NCBI GenBank assembly: GCA_043228905.1
Contig: JBHGNT010000009.1
Span: 8,556,001 to 8,620,000 of the forward strand
Direction: 5' to 3'
Origin: Azolla caroliniana
Taxonomy: Eukaryota > Plantae > Polypodiophyta
Length of the DNA stretch: 64,000 bases
The notes under the pieces are model-generated. The model saw nothing but the letters and a program-made list of their open reading frames with translations. It ran no database searches and was not told the DNA's origin. The translations under genes and the position numbers were made by a program. Positions 1-10,882 of the stretch are shown here, in pieces. Each line of letters opens with the position of its first letter. The stretch's first letter is position 1.

Positions 1-2609
1 TAAACCCACTTGCAAGGAAGAGCACGTCGGTTCCTAGGTAATTCGACCAGATCCCAAGTCTTGTTTGCCCGAATGGAGTGCATTTCCGACTCCATCGCCA
101 GATGCCAGGTGGCTGAATCGACAGATGTCGATGCTTCTTCGTAAGACGTCGGTTCGCCGGCGTCGGTGAAGAAAATTCCAGGAGAATACCTCTCCGGAGG
201 TTGCGACAGTCTCTCGGATCGTCGAGGTATGATTGCACTAGTCGCATCGGGTATCGGTGTCGGATGGTCCGAAAGCGAATTATTCTGCTGTGCCGAGTCG
301 GAGTTGTCCGAGTCGGGAGTGTAAGGTTCAGCTACCCGTGAAGCTGACCGTGTGTTAAGAGCGGGGCCTTCTTGAAGGGTCGGCACATCGGAAAATGTTA
401 CCCTTCGGACTTCGGTCGGTTTTTCGACTGATGGATTCATAGCCGACTCGTTGAACACAACGTCCGAACTTCGAACGATTTGTCTGCGTTCGGGGTCCCA
501 GAGTCGGTATCCCATTTCGCCGTCTGATCCATATCCAAGGAAAACGCATTTCCTGGACCGAGGTGCAAGTTTTCGGCGATCATCTTTCGGAATAAGGGCG
601 TACGCCTCGCATCCGAAGATCCTCAGCTTGTCGTAATTCGGCTTACTGCCGATCCATAGTTCCTGAGGAATTTGAAGTCCTAGAGGTCTACTTGGCGACA
701 TATTGATTATGTGTACTGCCGTGAGTAGAGCCTCTGCCCAGAAGCCATCCGACAGTCCGGAGTGTTGGAGCATGGAAACTATCCGTTCTTGGATTGTCCG
801 ATTCATGCGTTCGGCAATCCCGTTTTGCTCCGGACTGTGTGGTGCCGTAAATTCACGTCGGATGCCGCGTTGTCGGCAGAATTTGACGAATTCTTCGGAT
901 TTGAACTCTCCCCCATTGTCGGTCCGAAAGCATTTCAGTTTTCGGCCGGTTTGATTTTCTACCATAGCGAGCCAATCGGAGAAGATCGAGAAGACACGAT
1001 CTTTGGTGCGAATTGGATAAGCCCACACCTTTCGAGTCGAATCGTCAATAAAACTGACGAAGTAAGAGGCACCGCCAAGAGACTGATGCGGCATTGGGCC
1101 ACAGACGTCCGAGTGGACTAAGTCGAGAGGTCTCGTTTCTCTTGGTGCTGATGTCGGGTGTGATGCGGCTGCTTGTTTGCCATACTGGCAATGCTCGCAG
1201 AATTGATGCTCCGAGAAGGAGAGTTTGGGGATGTACCCGGCTCTAGATAGGTGCGTGATGCCGGCCTTGCTGAGGTGTCCTAATCTTCTGTGCCATAGTG
1301 ATGACACAGGAATATCCACCAAAAACAGGTTACCCTCTCTGAGCGTAACATGTAACGGATACAGTGAGTGTATCTTGGGTCCTCTAGCAAGCAGGAGGTT
1401 CCCCCTGTGGAGTGTCCACCCTCCCGAAGAAAAACCGGCACGAATGCCGTCTTCATCTAGTTGTCCGACTGAGATCAATGGCCTTGAGAGCTCGGGTACA
1501 TGTCGGACATTGTGAAGTACAAGTGTAGAGCCACCTGCAAGGTTGAGCTCTACTGTGCCGATTCCGATGATGTCACAGTGTTGCGAGTTACCGACTCGAA
1601 CTGAGTCGGAGTGACGGATCGTATATTGCCGGAATTGGGATCGATGAGGAGTCACGTGAAATGACGCGCCCGAATCTAAGAGCCATGTGCTCGATTCTTC
1701 AGTCGTGAGCAGAACTTCTGATCCGACTGGATTTTCGATTGATAGTATATTCGGGTTGTTTGGTAGTACATCAGCTGAGAAGCTGACGTAATTGATCTCC
1801 TCATGCCGGCCACTCTTCTTGTCTGATCTCTGAGACTTGTCGTTCTTGTTCTTGAGTGCGCGGCAGTCGGCTTTGATGTGTCCGGGTTTCTTGCAATAGT
1901 TGCAGATTCGGTTATCCCGTGACTGGCTCCGTCTTCGCTGATTGTTCGGCGGCCGTGAGGAATCTCTTCCTCGTATGTTCGATCGGTCTGTCGAACCTTG
2001 TACTACGTAAACGTCGTCTGTTGAGTCTTTGGCGAAAGACTTTCTCCGAGCTGCTTCGGTCAGGATTGCGCTCGTGACTTCGGAGTATTTAACAACCGTG
2101 GTTGACGCGTTGCACATGGTTGTGACGAAAGTTTCCCATGATGAGGGAAGGCTGCTCATGAGTATCATTGCTCTGAGTTCATCCTCGATTGCCGTCCCCT
2201 GAGATGAGATTTGGGAGCTTATGCTTTCGTACTCATTGAGATGTGCTTGAACCGAATCGGATTCTTTCATCCGCAAGTTGTAGAGGCGCCGGATCAGAAA
2301 CATCTTCGTTGCAGCGACCTTCTTTTCGTAGGTGTCCGACAGTGTTTTCCACAGTTCGAATGCTGTCGTACACGATTGCACCGTAAAGTATACCGATTCC
2401 GATAGGTGCATCCGAATCGTGGCGCGGACGATTCTGTCCAGCTTGTGCCACTCAATTGGTTTGTATCCTTCTGGAGGTTCTTCATTTTCGATGGGATCGA
2501 TTTGCCCCTTGACTATGAGATAGTCCTGCATTTGCTCCTTCCAGAAGTTGAAGTTCGATCCATCGAACTTTCGTAGACTCATTTCTGACGAGCCGGATGT
2601 TGATGCCAT
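1..2609 (-). CDS. Copia gag-pol polyprotein (gag, CCHC knuckle, protease, integrase, start of RT), open to window edge
   Basis: Manual translation from ATG 2609 gives MASTSGSSEMSLRKFDGSNFNFWKEQMQDYL, CNYCKKPGHIKADC (~1865-1905), WLLDSGASFHVT (~1650-1690) and WDLVELPRNRRALPCKWV at the edge. Its absence from the ORF track is consistent with no stop before position 1. Confidence 0.9.
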   Translation of the reverse strand, partial: MASTSGSSEMSLRKFDGSNFNFWKEQMQDYLIVKGQIDPIENEEPPEGYKPIEWHKLDRIVRATIRMHLSESVYFTVQSCTTAFELWKTLSDTYEKKVAATKMFLIRRLYNLRMKESDSVQAHLNEYESISSQISSQGTAIEDELRAMILMSSLPSSWETFVTTMCNASTTVVKYSEVTSAILTEAARRKSFAKDSTDDVYVVQGSTDRSNIRGRDSSRPPNNQRRRSQSRDNRICNYCKKPGHIKADCRALKNKNDKSQRSDKKSGRHEEINYVSFSADVLPNNPNILSIENPVGSEVLLTTEESSTWLLDSGASFHVTPHRSQFRQYTIRHSDSVRVGNSQHCDIIGIGTVELNLAGGSTLVLHNVRHVPELSRPLISVGQLDEDGIRAGFSSGGWTLHRGNLLLARGPKIHSLYPLHVTLREGNLFLVDIPVSSLWHRRLGHLSKAGITHLSRAGYIPKLSFSEHQFCEHCQYGKQAAASHPTSAPRETRPLDLVHSDVCGPMPHQSLGGASYFVSFIDDSTRKVWAYPIRTKDRVFSIFSDWLAMVENQTGRKLKCFRTDNGGEFKSEEFVKFCRQRGIRREFTAPHSPEQNGIAERMNRTIQERIVSMLQHSGLSDGFWAEALLTAVHIINMSPSRPLGLQIPQELWIGSKPNYDKLRIFGCEAYALIPKDDRRKLAPRSRKCVFLGYGSDGEMGYRLWDPERRQIVRSSDVVFNESAMNPSVEKPTEVRRVTFSDVPTLQEGPALNTRSASRVAEPYTPDSDNSDSAQQNNSLSDHPTPIPDATSAIIPRRSERLSQPPERYSPGIFFTDAGEPTSYEEASTSVDSATWHLAMESEMHSIRANKTWDLVELPRNRRALPCKWV

Positions 2610-3293
2610 CAAATTTGGTTTCGGTTGGCGAAGCTCGGTTCGGAGTTGACTACGAACCTTGAAGGAGTGCAGCCGGTTGGCCCACCCGATATCGTTCTAG
2701 TCGGATTTGAACCCGAGTCGGTTCGGCTTCGGATATATGTATTTGTTGAACTTGCTCGAATTGACTCCGGTAACTTGAGGGACAGAACCGACTGGTCTTC
2801 CCGAATGTTGCCGAGTCGGAGTGAGCCCGGTTCGCTTCCGAATATATATGCCAAATACCGATTATTGAAACCGATTATCTGGACCGATTCTGCTTCGGTT
2901 GACTGCAGCGACGAGAGAGACGGATCCAACTGATCCTCTCGAATGTCGATCAGCCGGATGAAGCACGAATTGGGGTTGTTGTCTTGAGACCGATCTGCAC
3001 CGAGTGGTTACAATGAGCGGCGAGCAGCGTTTGATGACCTCTTCGGATGCCGTTTAACCGAGTGGAGCACGATCGTGTCAATGTTGCACAAGGGGATTTC
3101 ACCTCGAGTGGTTACGATCACAAGGAACGGAGTACAACCGGCTGGCTTACTCCAGGCGAAGATGATCTAACGCGATGAGGTGCAATCCTCGTTTTTCTTC
3201 TTCTTCTCTCTTCTTCGAATGACGCAGGAAACCGAATACTGTGCAGGCTGAGACGACGGCCGACAGCGGATTGAAGGACCGAATACTGTGCAG

Positions 3294-3305
3294 GCTCTGA
3301 TACCA
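3294..3305 (-). promoter_or_regulatory. Primer binding site (tRNA-iMet) of Copia-1
   Basis: TGGTATCAGAGC on the minus strand, 2 nt inside the LTR. Confidence 0.92.
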
Positions 3306-3307
3306 GA

Positions 3308-3715
3308 TGTTGGAGACAAGGTCGTCTATGCGGAAGATCAAGAAGCATTCGATTCTGTTCTATACCTGCGTATGACAGTCTCTCGTTCGTTGCACAGAGA
3401 GAGAGAAATAGAGAGAGAGAGAGAGAGAGGCACAAAAGACTTTCTATTCAATAGAAACAATAATACAACACCCAACCTCACAAAAAGGTTACAAGGTCAC
3501 TATATATAGTGACCGACTTAGGGCAACTACCCTTTATGCTAATTACACAAATGGCCCAAACTTGAGCTATACAAAGGGATAGTGTGAATACGTCCATTAT
3601 ACACTTGTATTCGACAGAGATCCATGTTTAGTATCCATCCCGTTTGGGGGGCCCAATTGACCCCTTTTTGTGGCCTAAAGTAAGCGAAACGTAACCTCAA
3701 TAGCATTTTCCAACA
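3308..3715 (-). repeat. 5' LTR of Copia-1 (~408 bp)
   Basis: 7-bp terminal inverted repeat; TATA inside the palindrome GGTCACTATATATAGTGACC (~3496-3515); (GA)n tract. Confidence 0.88.
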
Positions 3716-5603
3716 GTCATTTCCTGGTTGGAGTCCTCACACCACAAATTTGGCAAGTAAGGCTTTCGATTGCGAAAGGGGATCAATAAGACCCAATCCC
3801 CCTCTCGACTTAGGCGATGTGAGTATAGGTCACGCCACCTTGGTGTGAGCTACATGGTCTTCCTTACCAGACCAAATGTAGTTGCAGACCAGTCGTTGAA
3901 TCTGATGTATACTTTCCTTGGAGATTGTCCAGCATGATAGACTGTACCATGCTGTTGAGAACACCTATTCTAATAAAAATAGTGTGCCTGCATAAGGAAT
4001 TGGAAGGGACCACATAGAAGGGCATGATAATATGGATACTTTTATCGCAAAATAACAAATATAAGCATAATAGTTGCTTATTATCTAAACTAATATGCAA
4101 GGAAAGGAGAAAAAGATGTAATGAGTGTTAATATCGATACTTTTTGTCAGAGCGCAATTATTGCCAATAGTGTGATGGGAAAGATGAAATAGTTGATAAT
4201 ATGGAAAATCTCTCTTGCAAGAGTCTAATATGTAGATGATGACCTATACATTAACAAGCTAGTGAGATGGTAGGTTCCAACAATTGCACCCTAGATTCCT
4301 ACTTTCACAATCCAAGAATGTTTGTCACCAAACCAAATTGTCAAGTTCGATGTTTTTCTTCGTTTGTCCAAGGTTTTGTTAAGATAAACCGTTTGACCCG
4401 ATGAGAAATTAGAAATGAACAAAGGAACAAATTTGAAACATGGTTTTGGTTTAGCATTCAGATTTCAAACATCAAATCAATGTAATCTACTAATATAACA
4501 AGTAGTCAACTTCTGGATGACTCTATGAAGAACAATGTGTACCATCAACATTGAATAAAAAATTGTCCCCAAAGCATTCCACATCAGTGCACACCATTTT
4601 GTTGTACCAATTGTCCCATATGAACCCTAAACATTACTTCAACTTGGGAGGTGTAAAACCTCTAGTCCAAAGGGATTGAAAAACCTATAAAAGGATTAAG
4701 ATATTTTGGGATGGTAAATACGGAGAATGCGACAATCTCACTTTTGTTTTTTCTTTCATTCAATTTGAAGCAATGAAGCAATGTTTACATTTTCTTAGAA
4801 GGCCTACTTGTCAACCAAGTATTTCCACTATCACTGTCATACATTTATGACATACAAAAGAGTCAAATAGTAATTTTTAAGTTGAGTAAAGCTTTGGGAG
4901 AATACAAAACCAAAGACCAACGAATAATCATGTTAGCAAAACAATCACACTTTAATTTGCTTGTTGTATTTGAGTTAATAATAATTGTAAACATAACTAC
5001 TCTCTTGAAATTTTGCATCTCATGTGCTAGAAATGATGCATTGGAGCTTATATAATTATAGATTGTTCCGGTAAGAAACAAATAATATAAAATGGCACAT
5101 TGTAACATTATGAGTCCTTCACATTCATTATTAGGGGTTGGCTGGAGTAGTGTGACATCCATTAAAGTGAGCTCAATATACATTGGTTTATTATTATGTA
5201 TATCATCTTGAAGAGTGAAAAATGGTAAGCTAGATCATATTTGTGTTGAGGATGTTTGTGAAAGACGAGGTATGGTGGGGCCCTACAAGCCTAGCATAAA
5301 GATGGTGAGGCTCTACAAGCTTACCACTAGTATTCAATAAAAGAGGTACTTATCTTTTAAAGATGGGTTTTAGTGAATGTTGAGTTTGAAGTGACACTTT
5401 ATGCACCAGATAGATCGAAGCATTGTCATGCTCTAATAAGAAATCGTTGATCCTTAACTTTTTCCTTGAAATAGTCGAACAATGAATAGTTTAAATGATG
5501 ACATAGTACAAGACAAAATACAATACGGTGGTCTTTTCGCCATAAATAAGTTCAAATAGGATTTGTTCTTGACTGCTTCTTCCTTGACCATCATCATTAT
5601 GAG

Positions 5604-5824
5604 CAGTATGAACCATACATACTAATGGAGTATGTTTCGATCATTCAAGTATGCTAAACACCCTCAAAGTATGGTAAATACCATACTTTTGTATTGGTAA
5701 AACCTTTTTTAAGGTAAAATGGAGAATTTTTTTTTTTAAAAACGTCAAAAAAAATATATGTATGTTTTCATAACATATGTAAAATGAATGTTTGAGCAGA
5801 TGAATGCGAAAATTACGTTCTATG
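5604..5824. mobile_element. hAT-type MITE, diverged copy 1
   Basis: Homologous to 28265..28546 and 32655..32953 (GTATGAACCATAC...CACCCTCAAAG...AATACCATACTTTTG...TACGTTCTATG). The 8-bp flanks are ATTATGAG and ATTGTGAG. Confidence 0.75.
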
Positions 5825-7795
5825 ATTGTGAGTATGTAGGAATTCAAAATTTTATATCCAATATAAAGCTATTAGGTGCCCAAAAGGACAAACACGAGCA
5901 TATAATATTGAAGCTTTTCATAACAATGTTTCTTTGAATGAACATAAAAAACAATTTAGTTACACACTTACAATGTTACACCACATTTTAAGTGAATCTA
6001 TCAACAAAGTGAAAGCTAATTACTCCACATAATTACTCTTTACACCAGAAAACATATCCTTCTTCTTCTTTTTTCTTTTCCCTAAAGAGATACGCCTTGG
6101 TATTATAAAATCATAAGAAATACAAAAGTTGTGTTAGATAAAGGAGTACACCAACCGACTTCATTGTGCTCACATCATAGCCGACTTGATGTGTATATAC
6201 AAGAACTACACATATTTGTACACCATATCTCCAAGATTTTTATGGTCTACTCCTCCCAAGTTGCAATTGAGCATGCAATGTAAGCTATACCACCAACATC
6301 TGTAGCAACAGAGTCCATAAACAAAGTTAGTAAACATTGTTTCCCAAAATGATAGGAATAGTATACCCCTCTTTGCGAATACATTTTGACTCACCTCATA
6401 AGTGGACAACAATTATTCATAATACCAAGTTGCTAACTCTTGCATTTCGCTTGGATCTGTTGAGAGAGTATTGTAATCCCTCTTTAATGCACTGATCTGA
6501 AACTTATGCGGTCATGGAGTAACTACAACAAAAAATAATTTAGACATTGTGTCCCATTTTTGAGACCATTTTGCTGCAAATGCAACATATTTAAAATAAT
6601 CAATTTTAGATTGCATAAGAAAAATCTCATATCTTAACCTCCTTAAGTTGTCTTCAAGATAAATTGAGTTGATATCTTTTTCTTGCAAGCATTGAATGGA
6701 GGCCAATCCTCTTCTTGCATTTGCCAATTGAGAGATAGAAAGGTTTTTCTTATCCTTAGCCTTACCTAAAAGCAGTTGCTTAAGTTGAAATAAAGCCACA
6801 AAAACCTTAGATAACTTATCAGGAGCAAAGATACTGGACCAAAGGGAAGCAACACTCTACAATGGAACCATCCTTCAGAATCCACTTTGGAATTTTAGCA
6901 TGATCATGAAATACAACAATTTGCAATTACAACGTCAACTTTACTAGTGCATGATCCAAAACGTTTGTACTGGTCACTATCCCTAAAGATCCATCTAAAT
7001 CCCAAAAAAATTGATCCGCGTGAAACTTGTGAATCCTACAGAGATTGACACTCGCTACCCATTTGTTCGACCGAGAAAATTGCAATGACTCTACCCTTCT
7101 TGCAAAAGATTGCATAAACCATAAGTCCTGCAAGCTAAATTTAAAGAATAATTTTTCTTACTCAGGCAATTCAACATTTGAGATTGTAATTGTGCTCCCA
7201 CCCATACGAAGGATCTTCAAGCATATTAAAGTCCCCAGCAATGCATCAATGATCCATTACAGAGAGAACATTCCACAATTGGCACCAAAAGTCCTTCCCC
7301 TCATTGAATTTGGCGCATAAACATTCAAGAAACCAACTTTTTCCTCTAATAGCTTTAAACTATAAATTGGGCACGACCACCTTGTAAAAAAACCCTTGTC
7401 TACAATCAAAGAAGCCCATTTTTCAAAACATGTAATATCAAGCCCCCCTCACGTTCTAGTCACCCCAAAAGCCGGAATCCAATCATAAAACCACCTTCCA
7501 TTCAAGAATTTAGGAATTTTAGCCATCCTATTATGTGATAAACGATGCTCTTGTATCAATAAAACGTCAAATTTAACCACATATTGAGATTATAGTTCCT
7601 GATTAAACAAACCTTTGACGTTATGAAATTTATCACCTCATAAACCCTGTACATTCCAATGAATCTATATCACAAGGAGGGAGGCAACAACATTTTATCT
7701 TTCAAGATACCACTCTATTCCTTCTGAGTTGAAGAAATCGCTCGAGTAGTTCTTTTTTCTATATTAGAATTACTAGTATCTTTGTATACTCTATT

Positions 7796-8123
7796 TTTGC
7801 TATTCCCTACAGCCTCAACTACACTATTAGTTGTTGAAAATTTATAACGAATGGGAACACTTTCAGCATGCAACACCATCTCCTTAGAGTGATCCTCTAC
7901 ATTCCTTCTCACAATCCCTACATAAGAAAAAGGAACAATGTCCTTAGATATAGAAGTTTGCTATTCCCTACAACCTCAACTACACTATTAACTGTTGAAA
8001 ATTTATAAGGAATGGGAACACTTTCAGCATGCAACACCATCTCCTTAGAGTGATCCTCTACATTCCTTCTCACAATCTCTCCATAAGAAAAAGGAACAAT
8101 GTCCTTAGATATAGAAGTTTGCT
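7796..8123. repeat. Tandem duplication, 161-bp unit x2
   Basis: Units start at 7796 and 7957. The microhomology TTTGCT recurs at 8118. Confidence 0.9.
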
Positions 8124-9013
8124 GAATTTCTGGCTTAAAAGGACATACTTGCATGTTTGATTGATTCTCTAAATGTTGTACCAGATTTTGAACTTTTGAA
8201 GATTTACTTATAGGTACAAGATCCTCACAAAGTTCAACACCTCAAACCATAATAGCATGCGGAGTATAAACGTCATCCAATGCAACACTAGGTAAAGGCT
8301 TGTAATGTGCTTCCCTGAAATGCATGCCGTTTATTCACGGTCTACCATTGCAATGACTTTTGAACAAGACCTTCACCGAACGAGGTAATATCTTCTTCTG
8401 ATGGATAGAATTTGACAAGACGACCTATTTCCTTACATCTGTAACATTGATTTGTAAACCATAATGTACAACTTTCTGAATTGTCTGAAAAGCATTGAAA
8501 CAATCTAGTTTTGGCAATTGAATCCATTGTGGCAATTTATCTCCTTTTCGACATAACAATTTCACTGATGGAGCTCCTTCTCCCAAAACCTCCTTCGTCG
8601 TCCATGAGTGAAATGCCAAGAGGTTACCAATAGATGCACCTAGTTTAGGCAATATCTTCCTCCATTCGTTCTCCAAACCTGGGAAAATTTCCATACAAGT
8701 GAACATAGACGCTAAATCCTCTTGTAATAGAGCCATATTAAATCCATGATGCCAAGGATAAAACACCGTCAAGGCACTCTTAAGATGCACTGAGCTAAAA
8801 ACAAGACATGAGAAACCGATTCACCATTCTCGAATTCCAATTGATAGCAACAATGTTCTAATATCTGAATGTCCGTAATTTTATCCACATCTGATTGGAT
8901 AGAAGCTTGTAACAAATGCCGAAGATCCCCTTTGCTCAGTCAGCTTCCCCCGTAAAGAATTGGGAATTATTCTGTGCAGCGGAAGGGATATGTATGTTTA
9001 TATGTAGTCGAGA

Positions 9014-9016
<3 letters not shown>

Positions 9017-9078
<62 letters not shown>
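9017..9078. repeat. (GA)n microsatellite, ~31 units, between two divergent LINEs
   Basis: Read directly from the sequence. Confidence 0.97.
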
Positions 9079-9082
<4 letters not shown>

Positions 9083-9417
9083 AGAGAAAAAAACAAGAGT
9101 GGAGAGGGGAAGAAGAAGTGAAATTGTTTTTATTGCTGCGATCTCTATCGGTAACGGAATTGAGCATAAAGATATGCGTTAGAAAGCTCTCGATTAGAGC
9201 TTCATAACGAGATATAACAAGTCAAATTTGGTGTTCTATGCGAGAAGCATCGATTAAAATAAGGAATCTTGTGTTGTTGGCATCCACATACTCAACACAA
9301 ATTGCGGGTCTTCTATTGTATTCATCATCGTCGACCTCTTCAATCGGGTGAGTTCTGGTTTTCTTTCTTTTTCATGGAAAATTGTTTTTACCCCAGATTG
9401 CTATCACATAAAGAATA

Positions 9418-10452
9418 ATGGATATAAACATGAATTCCTCTCAAATTGTGGGGGACATTGATATGGAAACAATTGATCCAAAAAAGAGTTATGTGATGGT
9501 TGAATGTAATCGTGAAAGGGAATACATTGGAAGCTCTAAGAAGTTTAAGGGCATTGAGGAAATTAATGAGAAAAAAGCAAAATATGCCGAAGTAATACAT
9601 GTAAATGAGGTTGACAAGGATAACTGTAATTGGGATGATTTATGGGGAATTGCCAATACCTTATTGTTTGATATTGTGGAAGAAAATGAAAATGCAGTGA
9701 AAGAATGCAATGATGAGGACGTGCATGATGTGGAAGTTGATGCTAAGGCAATGTTGCAATCCTTTGATGTATTCTATGATCATGCAGTTATATTGTTTTT
9801 TATTGGGAACTCCCATATATTAATTGGATTAAACAATGGTTGATCACAATGTGTCACCAAATTTGTGTTGAAAATATATATGCAGGACCACAAGGGTTTT
9901 ATGATGTAGTGTTTCGTTCACCGGAACATCGAAGTACATTGTTGGCTAAAGTTATAGTGTTTTTTGATAAACAATTAGTGCATGTAATGCAATGGTCCCC
10001 CCCCGTTGTGGACTATCATGCTTCGTTGAAACAAGAATGTCATGTTTGGGCAACAGTGGATTGTAAGCATGCTTTTTTATGGCCACTTTTACTAGAGTTG
10101 ATGAGTCAAATGGGTAAAGTGTTGGTATCTCCACCTGCAAATGCTGCAAATAAGTGCATATTTTGTGTGTTATGGGATACAAGTCGTAAGAGGCCAGGAT
10201 GGGTGCATATGAACACACATGGAATGAAAAAACTTTGTTTTAAATTGAAGTGGGAGACATTTGCAAGTCACTATTTGGATGTGGTGAATGGGGTCACTTT
10301 ATGGCTGAATGTCATTGTCATTGTCCTTCACCTATAGAGGTTCCTAATGAAGGGAATGGTAAAGAAGGAGTTGAGAGAGATGTTGGTGTGTCAGATATAG
10401 TGGTTGTTATGGATGAAGGAACACCATCTAGAGTAGGTTATAAAGAGGTTTC
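9418..10452 (+). pseudogene. LINE-b ORF1 (DUF4283/RRM-like plus zinc knuckle), frameshifted; interrupted by Chromo-1 and resuming at ~24341
   Basis: GFYDVVF...VHVMQWSP segment (9840..10337) and knuckle remnant FGCGEWGHFMAEC (10250..10471). It is collinear with ORF2 at 24785 once the insert is removed. Confidence 0.75.
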
Positions 10453-10871
10453 TGTCAAGAATAGTACTTAGACAGAGAATAAATTAGTACTAAGAAAGGA
10501 ATATTAGTACTAAGAGGAATAGAAGGTGTAGAACACTCGAGAGAAGGAGAGAGAGAGAGAGAGAGAGAGAGAAAATGATGATGACAACGATATATTATGT
10601 GAGAAGAATATACAAGGAAGGTTATGAGGCTTAAGATTGGCGTTGAACCGATTTGGTTCGAAATAATGCCTTGTCCATCCTTTTATAGTGTTCTCAGGAG
10701 TAGTCCTGAAGCTTCTAGAATGTTCTAGAGAAATCTGGAATATACATCAATTTTCTATAGTAAAACTTAAATAAAAATAATATTTTACGTATTACAATAG
10801 ATAGTGTAATGGTCAAGAGCTCGACCCATGTAACATAAGGTCATGGGTTCAAGTTTTGCAATATCATGACA
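10453..10871 (-). repeat. 3' LTR of Chromo-1
   Basis: Homologous to 23895..24335 and adjacent to the PPT. Confidence 0.95.
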
Positions 10872-10882
10872 CTATCCCCCCT

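Larger units (their letters stand above)
1..3715 (-). mobile_element. Copia-1: Ty1/Copia LTR retrotransposon, 5' half (runs off left edge), inserted into a decayed LINE
   Basis: LTR 3308..3715 has TGTTGGA...TCCAACA termini. A tRNA-iMet PBS lies at 3294..3305 and gag-pol starts at 2609. The right flank GTCAT (3716-3720) is the expected TSD; its partner is outside the window. Confidence 0.93.
3716..8800 (-). pseudogene. LINE-a: heavily decayed L1-clade LINE (ORF1 ~8340-8790; ORF2 from ~7665 to <3716); may be more than one copy
   Basis: Minus-strand remnants: degenerate ORF1 knuckle NQCYRCKEIG (8342..8527 ORF); APE endonuclease motifs HWNVQG (~7650), DVLLIQEHRL (~7550) and VGFLNVYAPN (~7320); post-RT motif YIWSGK...KVA*...PKSRGGLGLIDPLSQSKALLAKFVVR (~3735-3880). 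The middle section is poorly resolved. Confidence 0.7.

Noticed and set aside
8916-9207. ORFs with ER/LS dipeptide runs
   Set aside because: They are translations of the (GA)n microsatellite.
10795-10865. Possible functional tRNA genes in the LTRs
   Set aside because: A and B boxes are present, but the acceptor and anticodon stems do not form a cloverleaf. They are reported only as tRNA-like modules.
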